Shown in pieces: positions 18,699 through 30,086 of a stretch of DNA of 45,144 nucleotides. Every line of letters starts with the position of its first letter. The stretch's first letter is position 1. Below the pieces are notes generated by a model. That model was not told the origin of the DNA. It saw only the letters and a list, made by a program, of their open reading frames with translations, and made no database searches. Origin of the DNA: Pseudomonadota bacterium (GTDB lineage Bacteria; Desulfobacterota; Desulfobacteria; Desulfobacterales; JBDRRP01); assembly GCA_043825735.1 (NCBI GenBank), contig JBDRRP010000134.1, positions 1 to 45,144 of the forward strand. Direction: 5' to 3'. Position numbers and translations under genes: made by a program.

Positions 18699-19838
18699 AT
18701 GCACCAGCGAATCGCCATCTTGATGATCATTGCCGCCGTACTGTCCGGCCTGTTGCTGCCGGCTTGTGACAACGTTCAGCAGCCGAACCGGGAACCCATC
18801 AAGCTGGGATGGATTGGCGCGCTCTCGGGCACCAACGCCATCCTGGGGCAGTGGGACACGCACGGCATCGAACTGGTGATTGACGAAGTCAATGCCATGG
18901 GCGGCGTGTGTGGCGGGCGCAAGCTGCAAATCGTCAAATATGATGACGCAGCCGATCCGACAAGATCGGTAACTCTGGCGCAAAAGCTGTCAATACAGGA
19001 TCAGGTGCTACTGGCCTTTGCCACCACCAACAGTAATACAGCCCTATCGGATTTGCTTGTATTCACCAATGCCCGGGTTCCCCAACTGACTCAGGCGTCC
19101 AGCGCGGACCTAACCGCCAAGGGCAGCTTTTACATTTTTCGTTACACCAGTGCGGGCGCCGTCTTTGAGTTCACGGTGGTTGACTACCTGGTCAAGAACG
19201 GCTTGAGAAAGTTTGCCATCATCAGCGACACGTCAACCTACGGCAAGGGCCAAGGGGATTATGAGCAGGCCGCGCTGCACAAGAATGGCCTAAAAAGCCT
19301 GATCCGTGAGACGTATAATATTGAAGACACGGACTTCACCCAACAGCTCACTCGCATTGTCGGTGCCGACCCGCAAGTGCTGCTGTTGGCTGGGTCAGAG
19401 ATCGCAGCAGGCCTGATTGCCCGGCAAGTCCGGCAGCTCGGCTTCACCAGTTTGATCGCCGGTGGGCCGGCGCTCGGCACGCCCAAGTTTGTCGAGGTGG
19501 CCGGCGATGCAGCCGAGGGAGTCATCTTTTCCAGCCCATACATTGACAACACCATCAATGAGCAGGCGCGGGATTTCGCCCGGCGCTACAAGACCAAATG
19601 GGGCTATGAACCGGAACAACACGGGGCCAAAGGCTACGACGGCGCCATGATAGCCATCGAGGCGATCAAGCGTTCATGCAACAACCTGACCCGTGAAGAG
19701 ATCACCAGACAACTGCATGCCACAAAAGACTTTCAGGGCTTACAGGGCAGATTCTCTTACCAGGACAGCGGCGAGGGTATCTCCCGGGCTCAAATCGGTC
19801 GCGTCAAGAACGGCCAGTTGACAGTGATCCAAGAGTAA
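18699..19838 (+). CDS. LivJ/LivK-like (type I) solute-binding lipoprotein
   Basis: Lipobox LPAC, IKLGWIGALSG, GGVCGGRKLQIVKYDD, YGKG, DFTQQLTRI, GYD. RBS GGAGG before the ATG at 18699. Confidence 0.88.
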   Translation: MHQRIAILMIIAAVLSGLLLPACDNVQQPNREPIKLGWIGALSGTNAILGQWDTHGIELVIDEVNAMGGVCGGRKLQIVKYDDAADPTRSVTLAQKLSIQDQVLLAFATTNSNTALSDLLVFTNARVPQLTQASSADLTAKGSFYIFRYTSAGAVFEFTVVDYLVKNGLRKFAIISDTSTYGKGQGDYEQAALHKNGLKSLIRETYNIEDTDFTQQLTRIVGADPQVLLLAGSEIAAGLIARQVRQLGFTSLIAGGPALGTPKFVEVAGDAAEGVIFSSPYIDNTINEQARDFARRYKTKWGYEPEQHGAKGYDGAMIAIEAIKRSCNNLTREEITRQLHATKDFQGLQGRFSYQDSGEGISRAQIGRVKNGQLTVIQE

Positions 19839-19853
19839 TATCGAGGATGTGCT

Positions 19854-22250
19854 ATGCGTGTTTCTGACTTTCGTTCGGTTAGGCCGCGGGTAATACAGCC
19901 AGGGCGTTCTTCGGAACGCCCATTTGGATGGTACATCTTGCGCACCAAACTGGTCATCGCCTTCATGGCTGTCGCCCTGATCCCGCTCAGTTTGTTGTTT
20001 TACCTGAACGATCAGTACTCGCGTGTCACCCTGACCGACAATGCCAACCGAGCGCTTCTGGCAGCGGCGTCGGAAACAGCGCTCCATGTGGACTTGTTCA
20101 TCAGCAACAACTTGAACGCCATTGCCACCGAGGCGCAGTTGCCGGATTTTATCAAGTACCTTAGCTTGCCGGCCGGCCGGCGGAAAGGCAGCGCGGAAGA
20201 GGTCGAAGCCACGTCCGCCTTGTTCGCGCTCAGCCGCAAAGATCAGGCAAATATCGCGTCGTATGCGTTGCTGGATCGCCGGGGACTCACCCTGATCGAT
20301 ACGTTTACCCCGGATATTGGCGTGCCCAAGTCCGACCAGGACTATTTCCGGTTCGCAGCCAAAGGGGGCGAGCCGTATGCCTCGCCGGTCCTGTTTTTAG
20401 AGACGGGCAATGCGTCCATCTATTTTAGCGCCGCGGTGCGCGACACCGCCGCCGGAGAAATCATCGGCGTGCTGTACGCGCGCTACAGCGCGAGCGTCCT
20501 GGAACAAATCATTGTCCAGAAAGGCGAGCTGGCCGGCCGGCAATCCTACGCCATTTTGCTGGACGAAAACCATGTTAGGCTGGCGCATGGCACTAACACG
20601 GACCTCATTTTCAAAGCGGTGGTGTCCCCCGACCCGATCCGCGCTGCGGAACTGCAAGCCGCCCGGCGCTTACCGCACCAACCGATCAAAGAACTGGTCA
20701 CTAACCAGCCTGTTTTTGAGCAGGGACTGCTCAACGCGGACAAGCAGCCCTTCTTTACGGCCTACCTCGGTACTACTGACAGTAAACTGAACTCGGCTGC
20801 CGTGGCAAAGTTGAGGACCCAACCCTGGCTCATCGTCTTTGCCCAGCCTCAGGCTGTTTTCCTGGCATCGGTCCAGACACAGGGCCGCATGGTGTTGCTG
20901 CTGGGTCTGGGGGTTGCCGCGGCAGTGGTTGTTGTAGCAATCGGCATGGCCCGGCTATTGACCCGCCCTGTCGTTCACCTGACGGCCGTGGCGCGTCAGG
21001 TTTCCGAAGGGAATCTCGACGCCAAAGCCCGGGTTGAATCACAAGATGAAATTGGTGTTCTGGCGGAGGCGTTTAACTCTATGACCAGCCGACTGGTGGA
21101 AACGCTGCAAGGGTTGCGCGCGAGCGAGGAAAGCTATCGGGGCATCTTTGAAAATGCCGTGGAAGGCGTCTTCCGGACCTCGGTCGAAGGGCAACTGTTA
21201 AGCGCTAATCCAGCGATGGCTCGCATCCTGGCCTATGATGCGCCTGACGAGTTGGTAGCAAGTCTATCCGATGTCAGGAGGAAACTCTATGTCCATCCCG
21301 AGGACCGTGATGTCTTACTCGGCGCGATTCTCGATCAGGGAACTGTGAACGGACTCGAGTTTCAATTCCGCCGCAAGGACAAGCAAACGATCTGGGCTTC
21401 CATCAACGCGCGCCTGGTGCGCAACAATGCCGGAGCGCCACAGTTCATTGAGGGCTTCATCACCGACATCACCGAGCGCAAGCGGGCGGAAGAAGAAATC
21501 CGCATGCTCAATCAGGAACTCGAACAGCGCGTCCTTAACCGCACGGCGGAACTGGAAACGGCCAACAAGGAGATGCATGCCTTTACCTACACGGTGTCCC
21601 ATGACCTCAGGGCGCCACTGCGCCATATCGACGGTTTTCTGGGACTTCTGGAAAAGAAAATAAGGACGGCGCTGGACGAACAAAGCCGGCAATACATGAA
21701 CACCATTTCCGGGGCCGCCAACAAGATGGGGCTGCTGATCGACGATCTGCTCTCGTTCTCCCGTATGGGGCGCCATGCCATGTCAACCCAACCGGTGGCG
21801 CTGGAGCCCCTGGTGCACAACGTCATCCGGGAACTTGAGCCCGATGCCGCTGGCAGGGACATCGACTGGCGCATCGGCGACCTGCCCGCGGTGCGCGGCG
21901 ATGCAGCCCTGCTGCGGATGGTGCTGGACAACCTGATCGCCAATGCGGTCAAATTCACCCGGCCCCGGCAGCAGGCCCAAATCGAAATCGGGTTCTTGCC
22001 CGGCCAGGACGCCGAAACCGTGATATTCGTGCGCGACAACGGCGTGGGGTTCGACATGGCCTATGCGGACAAACTCTTCGGCGTGTTCCAGCGCCTGCAT
22101 CGCGCGGAAGAGTTCGAGGGCACCGGCATCGGGCTGGCCAATGTGCGCCGCATCATCGCCCGGCACGGCGGCCGGGTCTGGGCCGAAGGAGAAGTTGATA
22201 AGGGCGCGACATTCTATTTTTCACTGCCAAAACCTGTTCAAGCAGATTGA
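19854..22250 (+). CDS. Membrane sensor histidine kinase (TM-dCache-like-TM-HAMP-PAS-HisKA-HATPase)
   Basis: Cache-like periplasmic region (SDQDYF...YASPV...IYFSAAVRD...IIGVL), HAMP ([13 protein letters not shown]), [16 protein letters not shown]. Confidence 0.93.
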   Translation: MRVSDFRSVRPRVIQPGRSSERPFGWYILRTKLVIAFMAVALIPLSLLFYLNDQYSRVTLTDNANRALLAAASETALHVDLFISNNLNAIATEAQLPDFIKYLSLPAGRRKGSAEEVEATSALFALSRKDQANIASYALLDRRGLTLIDTFTPDIGVPKSDQDYFRFAAKGGEPYASPVLFLETGNASIYFSAAVRDTAAGEIIGVLYARYSASVLEQIIVQKGELAGRQSYAILLDENHVRLAHGTNTDLIFKAVVSPDPIRAAELQAARRLPHQPIKELVTNQPVFEQGLLNADKQPFFTAYLGTTDSKLNSAAVAKLRTQPWLIVFAQPQAVFLASVQTQGRMVLLLGLGVAAAVVVVAIGMARLLTRPVVHLTAVARQVSEGNLDAKARVESQDEIGVLAEAFNSMTSRLVETLQGLRASEESYRGIFENAVEGVFRTSVEGQLLSANPAMARILAYDAPDELVASLSDVRRKLYVHPEDRDVLLGAILDQGTVNGLEFQFRRKDKQTIWASINARLVRNNAGAPQFIEGFITDITERKRAEEEIRMLNQELEQRVLNRTAELETANKEMHAFTYTVSHDLRAPLRHIDGFLGLLEKKIRTALDEQSRQYMNTISGAANKMGLLIDDLLSFSRMGRHAMSTQPVALEPLVHNVIRELEPDAAGRDIDWRIGDLPAVRGDAALLRMVLDNLIANAVKFTRPRQQAQIEIGFLPGQDAETVIFVRDNGVGFDMAYADKLFGVFQRLHRAEEFEGTGIGLANVRRIIARHGGRVWAEGEVDKGATFYFSLPKPVQAD

Positions 22251-22257
22251 GGCCAAA

Positions 22258-25200
22258 ATGAAAGCCAAAATCTTATCAGAGGACATCATCGTGCTGGCTG
22301 TTATCGGCCTGTTCAGCCTGGGTGTCGTCACAGCCGGCACCTATGCTCAAGGCGGTAGTGAATCATCGCCTCAGACCCACACGGTCCTGCAACGCCAACA
22401 GAAAGAGCCCGTCTTTCACCATCTGACGATTGATGACGGCCTGTCTGACAATTCGGTCAATCACGTACTCCAGGACCGCCTGGGCTTTATCTGGGCCACC
22501 ACCGTCCAGGGCATCAACAAGTACGATGGGATGACGTTCACCACGTTTATGCCCCAGGCGTCGGGGAGCAGCCAAAGCACACCGCAATTCTACCAGAACA
22601 TGCTCGAAGACCGCGACGGCATCCTGTGGTTTTGCAACTATGGCGCTGGTCTGGTCCGCCATGACCCTGTGCTGAACACCTGGAAGTTCTATCAGCATGA
22701 TAAAAAGAACCCCAATAGCCTGGCCCATAACACCACATGGTTCGTGCTTCAAGACCGCGACGGCATCCTGTGGTTCTCAACCTTTGGCGGCCTGAGCCGT
22801 TTCGACCCGGCCACGGAACAGTTCACCAACTATCGCAGCGACCCGGGCAACCCGAATAGCCTGGGGTATGACACCCTTTCCCAGGTCAAGCAGGACGCTG
22901 CCGGCATGCTGTGGATCGGTACCTACGGCGGCGGTCTGGAAAAATTTGACACGGCCACCGGCGTCTTCACCCACTACCGTCATGACCCGGACAAGCCCGA
23001 AAGCCTCAGTGACAACCGGGTACAGAGTGTCTGGATCGACCCTGACGGCAGCATCTGGGTCGGCACCGACAACGGCCTCAACCACTTCGACCCGGACAGC
23101 GTGCGCTTCGACCGTTATTTCCACGATGAGAACGATCCAACCAGCCTGAGCCACAACATGATCCTGCAGGTGCAGCGCGACAGCCGCGGTCAATTGTGGG
23201 TCTCGACCTCCGGGGGAGGGATCAACCGTTTCGACGGACAGCGCTTTATCCGCTACCAGAACGACCCGCACAACCCCGACAGCTTGAGTACCAACACCAG
23301 CCCAAATTTCTCCGAAGACCGCACCGGGGCCCTCTGGTTCGCAACCTTTGGCGGAATCAACGTCTACGACCCCGGCAGCCAGCGCTTCATACGCTACCGG
23401 CATCTGCCCGGCAACCCCAATTCGTTGCCGCCGGGCCGGGTGCAGGCGATCACCCAGGATAAGGAAGGCATTTTCTGGATTGGCTTGTGGGAGCAGGGGC
23501 TGGTGCGTTTCGACCGCGAGAAGAACACCTACACCCGCTACCAGGCCAAGCCGAACAATCCCGGCAGCTTGAGCAACGACAACATCTTCGCTATCCGCTA
23601 CGACCCGCGCGGCTGGCTGTGGGTTGCCACGATCGCCGGACTGAACAAGTTCGACCTGACCACCGAGACATGGACACAGTACCATGGCGCCCCGAACAAT
23701 CCCAACGCCCTGGCCGACGACTGGGTCTCGGGCGTGGCTGTGGACGCTCACGGCGACCTTTGGCTGGCGGTTTATGGCGCGGGGCTGCACCGTTTCAACC
23801 CGGCCGGGGAAACCTTCACGCGCTACCCGAACGACCCGGACAATCCCGACAGCATCGCCAGCAACAATCTCAACTACGTGATGGTCGCGGCGGACGGCAA
23901 GCTCTGGATCGGCGGCGATGGGTTGATCAGCCGTTTCGATCCGGCGACTGAAAAAGCCGTTAACTTTACGCCCGAGCAGCACGGACTCAGCGGCCTCACC
24001 AGCGATCAGTGCTTCCAGGACCGTCAGGGGTCGATCTGGGTGGCAACGGATAGCGGGGTGAACAGGTTTGATCCGGACAGCAATCGCTTTACGCCCTACC
24101 CGGATATCCGCGCAGTGCTGGTGGACGATGCCCAGGGAAAGCTGTGGGTGATCGCCGGCAAGAGCCTGGCACGTTTCGACCCGAAAACCGGCAGCCTGCG
24201 CCGCTATGACGCGTATGACGGCCTGCTTAGCAATGCCCTGGAACCGACGGCCGGGTACGCCAGCCCTGGCGGCGAGATTTTCATCGGCGGGGCCAAGGGC
24301 TTCAACAGCTTCTTCCCCGATCAATTGCCCGACAACCCGACGCCGCCTCCGGTGGTCCTAACCGAGTTTGAACTGCGCGACAAACCGGTCGCCATCGGCG
24401 GTGACTCACCCCTGCAAAAGCACATCAACGTCACCAAGCGAATCACCCTGCCCTACGACTACACCGCTCTCACCCTCAGATTTGCCGCCCTCAATTACCG
24501 TTCACCCCAAAAGAATCGATACGCCTATATCCTGGAAGGTTTTGATCAAGACTGGATATATACCGACAGCCGGCATCGATCCGCTACCTACAAAAACCTG
24601 AGCCCCGGCAAGTATAGGTTCCGGGTCAAAGCCACCAATAATGACGGTGTGTGGAACGCGGAAGGAACGTCGCTGACCATCAAAATCACGCCACTCTGGT
24701 GGAAATCGTGGTGGTTCAGAAGCCTGGCCGGACTGGCGCTGGTGTGCCTGGCCGCTGCCGGGTTCGGCTATCGCATGAGGAGTCAGCGCCGGCGAACCGA
24801 GGAACTTGAGCGGCAAGTAACCGAGCGCACCCGGGAGCTCGTCGTGTCTAACCAACTATTGCAGGTCGCCAAGGAAAAGGCCGAGCTGGCCAACCAGGCC
24901 AAAAGCGTTTTCCTGGCGAACATGAGCCACGAACTGCGCACGCCCCTGAACGCGGTGATAGGCTTTTCGCAGGTGATGAAGAATTCTCCGGATGTTACAA
25001 TGGGCCAGATTGAGAACCTGAACATCATTGCCCGCAGCGGGGAACACCTGCTGAACCTGATCAACAACGTGCTGGATATATCCAAGATCGAATCCGGCCG
25101 GGTGGAACTTGAAGAGTCACACATCGATCTGAACCAGTTGCTGCAGGAAATGAAATCAATGATGGTCGTGCGGGCGCATGAGAAAGGGCTGCTCTTCACG

Positions 25201-26409
25201 CGGGAGCAGTCCCCGGGCCTCCCCCGGCATATCATCGGCGACGCCGGCAAGCTGCGGCAGGTCCTGCTCAACCTGATCGGAAACGCCATCAAGTACACAA
25301 CCAGCGGCGCTGTCATCCTGCGGGCCATAGCTGCAAACAAGGAAGGCGCAGGCCCCATAAGGGTGCGATTCGAGGTTGAGGATACCGGTCCCGGCATTCG
25401 GACAGAAGATAAGGAGCGGGTATTTTCTCCCTTTATGCAATTGGAGGACCGAACGCCCGCGGAGGCCGGGACCGGCCTGGGGCTCGCCATATCCAAACAG
25501 TATGTCGCGCTGATGGGAGGGGAGATCGGTGTCGCCGGCGAACCGGGTAAAGGCTCGATCTTCCATTTCGAGATTCCGGTGACCGCGCTGCCGGCCGAGG
25601 CGATCCCCGTTGCGTCGCAGCGCGGTCGCGTCAGCGGGCCGGCACAGGAGCAGCCACGCTATCGGCTCCTCATCGCCGAGGATCATCCGGAGAGCCGTCT
25701 GCTGCTTCACAAGCTGCTCGAGCCTCTCGGGTTCGATCTGCGGGAAGCCGTCAACGGGCAGGAGGCGGTGGCTATATTCACGGAGTGGCATCCCCACCTG
25801 ATCTTCATGGACATGCGCATGCCGATCATGGACGGGTTGGAGGCGACAAGGCGCATCCGCGCCCTGGAGCTCAAAGTACATAGCTCAAAGGAAAAAACAG
25901 AAGAACAGGGAGTCAAAGAGGGAAAACCCGCTGAGCTATCAGCTATCAGCTATCTGCCATCTGCCCGATCGGAACATGTTCCGATCGTCGCCCTCACCGC
26001 CCATGCTCTGGAAGAGGAACGGCGCGAAATCCTGGCGGGGGGCTGTGATGATTTCATCCGCAAGCCCTATAAAGATACCGAGATATTCGATGCCTTGACA
26101 AAACAGCTCGGCGCCCGCTTTGTCTACGAGGAAGAGACGCTCTCCGCTGTCGACGATGAGCTCCCGCTGACCGCGGCGGCCCTGGCCGGCCTCCCCGATG
26201 AATTGTTGAAGGGCCTGGAACAGGCGCTTGCCCGGCTCGACATCGGCGCGGTGGACAAGGCGATTGAAGCGATACGCGTCCATCATCCATCCATGGCGGA
26301 TGCCTTGGCGCCGGAGGCCAAAGGCCTTCAATTCGGCCGGATTTTACGGTTGATCAACCCCTCCCAGGGTGAAACCAGCCGGGAGGACCAGGCAGGAGCA
26401 AAGAAATGA
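22258..26409 (+). CDS. Hybrid histidine kinase with beta-propeller (Reg_prop)/Y_Y_Y sensor, HisKA, HATPase and REC
   Basis: Repeated SL(S)xN...QDxxGxLW.GTxxG blades, [12 protein letters not shown]...[40 protein letters not shown] (IFMDMRMP). Start set at ATG 22258 because the longer ORF overlaps the previous gene. Confidence 0.93.
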   Translation: MKAKILSEDIIVLAVIGLFSLGVVTAGTYAQGGSESSPQTHTVLQRQQKEPVFHHLTIDDGLSDNSVNHVLQDRLGFIWATTVQGINKYDGMTFTTFMPQASGSSQSTPQFYQNMLEDRDGILWFCNYGAGLVRHDPVLNTWKFYQHDKKNPNSLAHNTTWFVLQDRDGILWFSTFGGLSRFDPATEQFTNYRSDPGNPNSLGYDTLSQVKQDAAGMLWIGTYGGGLEKFDTATGVFTHYRHDPDKPESLSDNRVQSVWIDPDGSIWVGTDNGLNHFDPDSVRFDRYFHDENDPTSLSHNMILQVQRDSRGQLWVSTSGGGINRFDGQRFIRYQNDPHNPDSLSTNTSPNFSEDRTGALWFATFGGINVYDPGSQRFIRYRHLPGNPNSLPPGRVQAITQDKEGIFWIGLWEQGLVRFDREKNTYTRYQAKPNNPGSLSNDNIFAIRYDPRGWLWVATIAGLNKFDLTTETWTQYHGAPNNPNALADDWVSGVAVDAHGDLWLAVYGAGLHRFNPAGETFTRYPNDPDNPDSIASNNLNYVMVAADGKLWIGGDGLISRFDPATEKAVNFTPEQHGLSGLTSDQCFQDRQGSIWVATDSGVNRFDPDSNRFTPYPDIRAVLVDDAQGKLWVIAGKSLARFDPKTGSLRRYDAYDGLLSNALEPTAGYASPGGEIFIGGAKGFNSFFPDQLPDNPTPPPVVLTEFELRDKPVAIGGDSPLQKHINVTKRITLPYDYTALTLRFAALNYRSPQKNRYAYILEGFDQDWIYTDSRHRSATYKNLSPGKYRFRVKATNNDGVWNAEGTSLTIKITPLWWKSWWFRSLAGLALVCLAAAGFGYRMRSQRRRTEELERQVTERTRELVVSNQLLQVAKEKAELANQAKSVFLANMSHELRTPLNAVIGFSQVMKNSPDVTMGQIENLNIIARSGEHLLNLINNVLDISKIESGRVELEESHIDLNQLLQEMKSMMVVRAHEKGLLFTREQSPGLPRHIIGDAGKLRQVLLNLIGNAIKYTTSGAVILRAIAANKEGAGPIRVRFEVEDTGPGIRTEDKERVFSPFMQLEDRTPAEAGTGLGLAISKQYVALMGGEIGVAGEPGKGSIFHFEIPVTALPAEAIPVASQRGRVSGPAQEQPRYRLLIAEDHPESRLLLHKLLEPLGFDLREAVNGQEAVAIFTEWHPHLIFMDMRMPIMDGLEATRRIRALELKVHSSKEKTEEQGVKEGKPAELSAISYLPSARSEHVPIVALTAHALEEERREILAGGCDDFIRKPYKDTEIFDALTKQLGARFVYEEETLSAVDDELPLTAAALAGLPDELLKGLEQALARLDIGAVDKAIEAIRVHHPSMADALAPEAKGLQFGRILRLINPSQGETSREDQAGAKK
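25867..25965. repeat. In-frame heptamer-repeat insertion in the receiver domain
   Basis: AGCTCAA/AGTACAT/AGCTCAA on the left and (AGCTATC)x3-TGCCATC on the right, roughly inverted. Adds about 30 low-complexity residues between RRIRAL and VPIVALTA. Confidence 0.6.
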
Positions 26410-26440
26410 GCAGCGGACACTTCGACAGGCTATTGGCTAA

Positions 26441-26532
26441 GTGCTCCCATTCATAAATACGATGGCATTCGATTGCCGATGCATCTCGGCTCGACAATCT
26501 CGGTGCGTCACCGTATTTAAGAACAGGAGCAC
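26441..26532. mobile_element. 92-bp MITE-like palindromic element with TAA target duplication
   Basis: TAA|GTGCTCCCATTCATAAATACGATG...CACCGTATTTAAGAACAGGAGCAC|TAA. The terminal inverted repeats match at 20 of 24 positions, with further internal pairing (GATTGCCGA/TCGACAATC). Confidence 0.7.
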
Positions 26533-26546
26533 TAAGGAGAAGCAAG

Positions 26547-27809
26547 ATGACAGCCGGTTATTGGCAACGTAATTCAGGTACAGTGTGGCGTTTCGGAGCC
26601 TTTGCGCGCGGCATCTTTTTTTGCCTGTTTTTAATTCTTTTGACCCGTCCGATAGCGCAAGCCGCATCCGACATCTGGGTGGGCGCGATTTTCGACCACA
26701 CCGGCGGCATCCATATCTATGGAATCCAGCAGAGCAAAGCGATTCATTTGGCTCTGGACAACATCAACAGGAAAGGCGGCTTGCTCGGACGGAAATTGAA
26801 ACTAATCGAGTACGATTCGCAATCGGATCTCGGCAAATATGCTCAATATGCCAATACCATCATTTTGCGTGACCGAATCACGGTCCTGTTTGCGGGGCTA
26901 ACCAGCGCATCCCGTGAAGTTGTCAGACCAATCATCAGAAAACATAAAATGCTCTATTTCTATAGTTGCCATTATGAGGGGGGCGCATGTGACAAGTATA
27001 CGTTTGTAACCGGCGTAAGCGCTTCTCAGCAGATGCGGGTCCTCATCCCATGGGCCATTAAGAAGTGTGGTCCTAAAATTTACATTGTGGGGCCTGCCTA
27101 TAATTTCGGCACCATATCGGCAATCTGGGTACATTATTATGCCAAACAATATGGCAGCGAGGTCGTGGGAGAGGAATTTTTGCCCCTAACGATGACCGAC
27201 TACGCGCCTACGATCCAAAGGATACAGGCAGCTAAACCGGATTTCGTGTTCGCACTCCCTGTTGGGCCGCATCAAAATGGTTTTCTTGAGCAATTTGGGG
27301 CTGCGGGCCTCAAGGATAAAATCGGCCTGGTTTCCACCAACTATGGTTCGGGAAACCAGCAAATCGCGGTGTCCCCAAATGCAAGCGAAGGGATTGTGTC
27401 TTCGCTTGAATATTTCCACTGGGTAAAGGAACTTGGCAACGACAAGCTCAAAATGCTTTGGAAAGAACGTTATGGTTCGGATGAGGCCATCATTGCTCCG
27501 GCAGTTAACGTTTGGAATGCTGTCCACCTTTGGGCCGAGGCTGTGCAAAAGGCAGGCACCGTAAAAACAGACGACGTTATAGCAGCCCTTGAGAGCGGGC
27601 TTTCTTTTGACGGCCCGAATGGTAATGTAACCTTGCGGCCTCGCTCGCACCATCTCAGGCAAAATATATATATTGCGCGCGGTAATCGCCAACGCGGCTT
27701 TGATATCCTCGAAGTACACAAAGGCGTAGACCCCTTCTTCGAGGATGAGGTGTGTGACCTGATCAAACATTCCGAGACAGCTGAACATTTCACCCCAAAA
27801 GGTTATTAG
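26547..27809 (+). CDS. UrtA/FmdD/AmiC-like (urea/amide-type) solute-binding protein
   Basis: VGAIFDHTGG, GGLLGRKLKLIEYDSQSD, TSASRE, YEGG, YNFG motifs, signal-like segment ending AQA. No urt permeases nearby. Confidence 0.85.
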   Translation: MTAGYWQRNSGTVWRFGAFARGIFFCLFLILLTRPIAQAASDIWVGAIFDHTGGIHIYGIQQSKAIHLALDNINRKGGLLGRKLKLIEYDSQSDLGKYAQYANTIILRDRITVLFAGLTSASREVVRPIIRKHKMLYFYSCHYEGGACDKYTFVTGVSASQQMRVLIPWAIKKCGPKIYIVGPAYNFGTISAIWVHYYAKQYGSEVVGEEFLPLTMTDYAPTIQRIQAAKPDFVFALPVGPHQNGFLEQFGAAGLKDKIGLVSTNYGSGNQQIAVSPNASEGIVSSLEYFHWVKELGNDKLKMLWKERYGSDEAIIAPAVNVWNAVHLWAEAVQKAGTVKTDDVIAALESGLSFDGPNGNVTLRPRSHHLRQNIYIARGNRQRGFDILEVHKGVDPFFEDEVCDLIKHSETAEHFTPKGY

Positions 27810-27823
27810 AAGCTATCTCAAAA
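27806..27823 (+). repeat. Isolated copy of the IS5-remnant left end
   Basis: TTAGAAGCTATCTCAAAA is identical to 41455-41472 and overlaps the SBP stop codon. Confidence 0.55.
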
Positions 27824-27837
27824 AGAGGAAAAACACC

Positions 27838-29904
27838 ATGGATGAGCCAAAAACCGAAAGACAGTCCGGCCGGATTCTGGTGGTTGACGATACCAGCGCG
27901 AACCTGCAGCTTCTGACCAATCTGCTGATCGAGCACGGCTATACCGTTCATCCAGCCTCCGACGGCGAATTGGCCCTGGCGTTTGTCCGGTCAACTCTGC
28001 CCGACCTCATTTTGCTGGATATCCGAATGCCGGGGATGGACGGTTTCGAGGTTTGTCGCCGGCTCAAGGCGGATGAAAGAACAGCATCCATTCCCATCAT
28101 TTTCATCAGTATCCTGGAAGATGAACACGATAAGGTGAAGGGGTTGCAGGCCGGTGCGGTGGATTATATAACCAAGCCGTTTCAGGCCGAAGAAGTACTG
28201 GCCCGGATAGGGACCCACCTGCATCTGCGGGAACTGACCGAACATCTGGAACATATGGTCGCCGAGCGAACCGCAGAACTCCACGCCGCCAATGCGCAGT
28301 TGCAACGCGAGCTGGCCGAACGCAAACAGGCGGAGGCGGCCCTGCGGCAAAGCGAAACGCTGCTCAATGCCACGCAGCGACTGGGCAAAATCGGCGGGTG
28401 GGACTGGGATGTCGAACAGCAGACCTCCTTCTGGACCGAAGAGACCTTTCGCATTCACGGCTTCGCGCCGGAGGTGTCCGCGCCGGGGTCATCCGGCTAT
28501 ATTGACCGCAGCCTGACGTGTTATGACCCGGCCGATCGTTACATCATTTCCGAAGCGTTTCAGCGTTGCGTACAACAGGGGGACGGCTATGACCTGGATT
28601 TCCCGTTCACATCCGCTGATGGCTGCCGAAAATGGATTCGAACCACCGCCGCCGCAGTCCAAGAAGAGGGCCGGATTGTTAAGGTTATCGGCAATATCAT
28701 GGACATTACCGAACGCAAGCGAGTCGAGGAGGAACTTGCCAGGCACCGCGATCACCTCGAGGAACTGGTGCAGATGCGCACGGCGGAATTGGAACAGGCA
28801 CGCAACAAGGCCAGGCAGTATTTGGACATCGCGGGCGTCATCCTGGTGGCGATCGATGCCGACCGGCGGGTGACCCTGATCAACCAGAAGGGCTGTGAGG
28901 TTTTGCAAGGCACCTCGGCGGAAATCATCGGTAAAGACTGGTTCGAGACATTTGTACCGGAACAAATACGCGGTGAGGTCATCGCAAGCTTTCACCGGCT
29001 CATGGCCGGAGAGATCGAGCCCGTGGAATATTACGAAAACCCGGTGTTGACAATTGGCGGCCAGGAGCGGCTTGTCGCCTGGCATAATGCTCTGCTCAGG
29101 GATAATAATGAAAATATCACCGGCACACTTAGTTCCGGAGAGGACGTCACGGAGCGCAAACACACCGAAGAACAAATCATCAACTTGAATCGGGATTTGC
29201 AAAAGCGGGCCGCAGCACTTGAAGCCGCGAACAAAGAGCTGGAAGGATTTACTTACTCGGTGTCCCATGACCTCAGAGCGCCGCTGCGCCATATCGACGG
29301 TTTTCTGGGACTGCTTAAAAAGAAAGCGGGAACGGCGCTGGACGACCAGAGCCGACATTACATGGACACCATTTCCAGCGCGGCCAACAAAATGGGGCTG
29401 TTGATCGATGATCTGCTCTCGTTCTCCCGCATGGGGCGCCATGCCATGTCAGCCCAACCGGTGGCGCTGGAGCCCCTGGTGCACAACGTTATCCGGGAAC
29501 TTGAGCCCGATGCCGCCGGCAGGGACATCGACTGGCGCATCGGCGACCTGCCCACGGTGCTCGGTGATGCGGCCATGCTGCGCATGGTGCTGGAAAACCT
29601 GATCACCAACGCCCTGAAATTCACCCGACCAAGGCAGCAGGCCCAGATCGAGATCGGGTCGCTTTCCGGCCAGGATGCCGAAACCGTAATATTCGTACGC
29701 GACAACGGCGTGGGGTTCCTCATGGCGTATGCGGACAAGCTGTTCGGCGTGTTCCAGCGCCTGCATCGAACGGAGGAGTTCGAGGGCACCGGCATCGGGC
29801 TGGCCAATGTGCGCCGCATCATCGCCCGGCACGGCGGCCGGACCTGGGCCGAGGGCGGACCGGACCTGGGGGCGACCTTTTACTTTTCACTGCCGCATAC
29901 GTAA
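27838..29904 (+). CDS. REC-PAS-PAS-HisKA-HATPase kinase
   Basis: N-terminal REC (ILVVDD, ILLDIRMP, KP), PAS_3, [16 protein letters not shown]. Confidence 0.93.
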   Translation: MDEPKTERQSGRILVVDDTSANLQLLTNLLIEHGYTVHPASDGELALAFVRSTLPDLILLDIRMPGMDGFEVCRRLKADERTASIPIIFISILEDEHDKVKGLQAGAVDYITKPFQAEEVLARIGTHLHLRELTEHLEHMVAERTAELHAANAQLQRELAERKQAEAALRQSETLLNATQRLGKIGGWDWDVEQQTSFWTEETFRIHGFAPEVSAPGSSGYIDRSLTCYDPADRYIISEAFQRCVQQGDGYDLDFPFTSADGCRKWIRTTAAAVQEEGRIVKVIGNIMDITERKRVEEELARHRDHLEELVQMRTAELEQARNKARQYLDIAGVILVAIDADRRVTLINQKGCEVLQGTSAEIIGKDWFETFVPEQIRGEVIASFHRLMAGEIEPVEYYENPVLTIGGQERLVAWHNALLRDNNENITGTLSSGEDVTERKHTEEQIINLNRDLQKRAAALEAANKELEGFTYSVSHDLRAPLRHIDGFLGLLKKKAGTALDDQSRHYMDTISSAANKMGLLIDDLLSFSRMGRHAMSAQPVALEPLVHNVIRELEPDAAGRDIDWRIGDLPTVLGDAAMLRMVLENLITNALKFTRPRQQAQIEIGSLSGQDAETVIFVRDNGVGFLMAYADKLFGVFQRLHRTEEFEGTGIGLANVRRIIARHGGRTWAEGGPDLGATFYFSLPHT

Positions 29905-30086
29905 CAAGGGGATAATTGGCACGCTGTGCAGTTGGCAGCTAGTTGGTGTCCATCCAGAAATAGCCCTTTTCCGGATGGAGGTGATAGGCGTTAGCAATTA
30001 GCGGTTAGCATTAAAAAATGAAATCACAAGAATGGGGAAACCGAACCACGAAGTCTCGGTGCACACCACACCAAGAGGTAGCTGAT

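Noticed and set aside
22063..22257. N-terminal extensions of ORFs 22063, 35720, 5299 and 1220
   Set aside because: They overlap neighbouring genes or promoter DNA, and downstream ATGs match RBSs or domain starts better.
22400..24300. Regular repeats suggesting a CRISPR array or DGR template
   Set aside because: They are degenerate protein-level beta-propeller blades with no identical DNA repeats or spacers. No cas or RT gene is present, and the kinase duplicates show no adenine-specific differences.
29916..29935. TTGGCACGCTGTGCA as a sigma54 promoter (also TGGTATGCCAGTGCA near 10751)
   Set aside because: GG-to-GC spacing is 8 and 9 nt, not the required 10.
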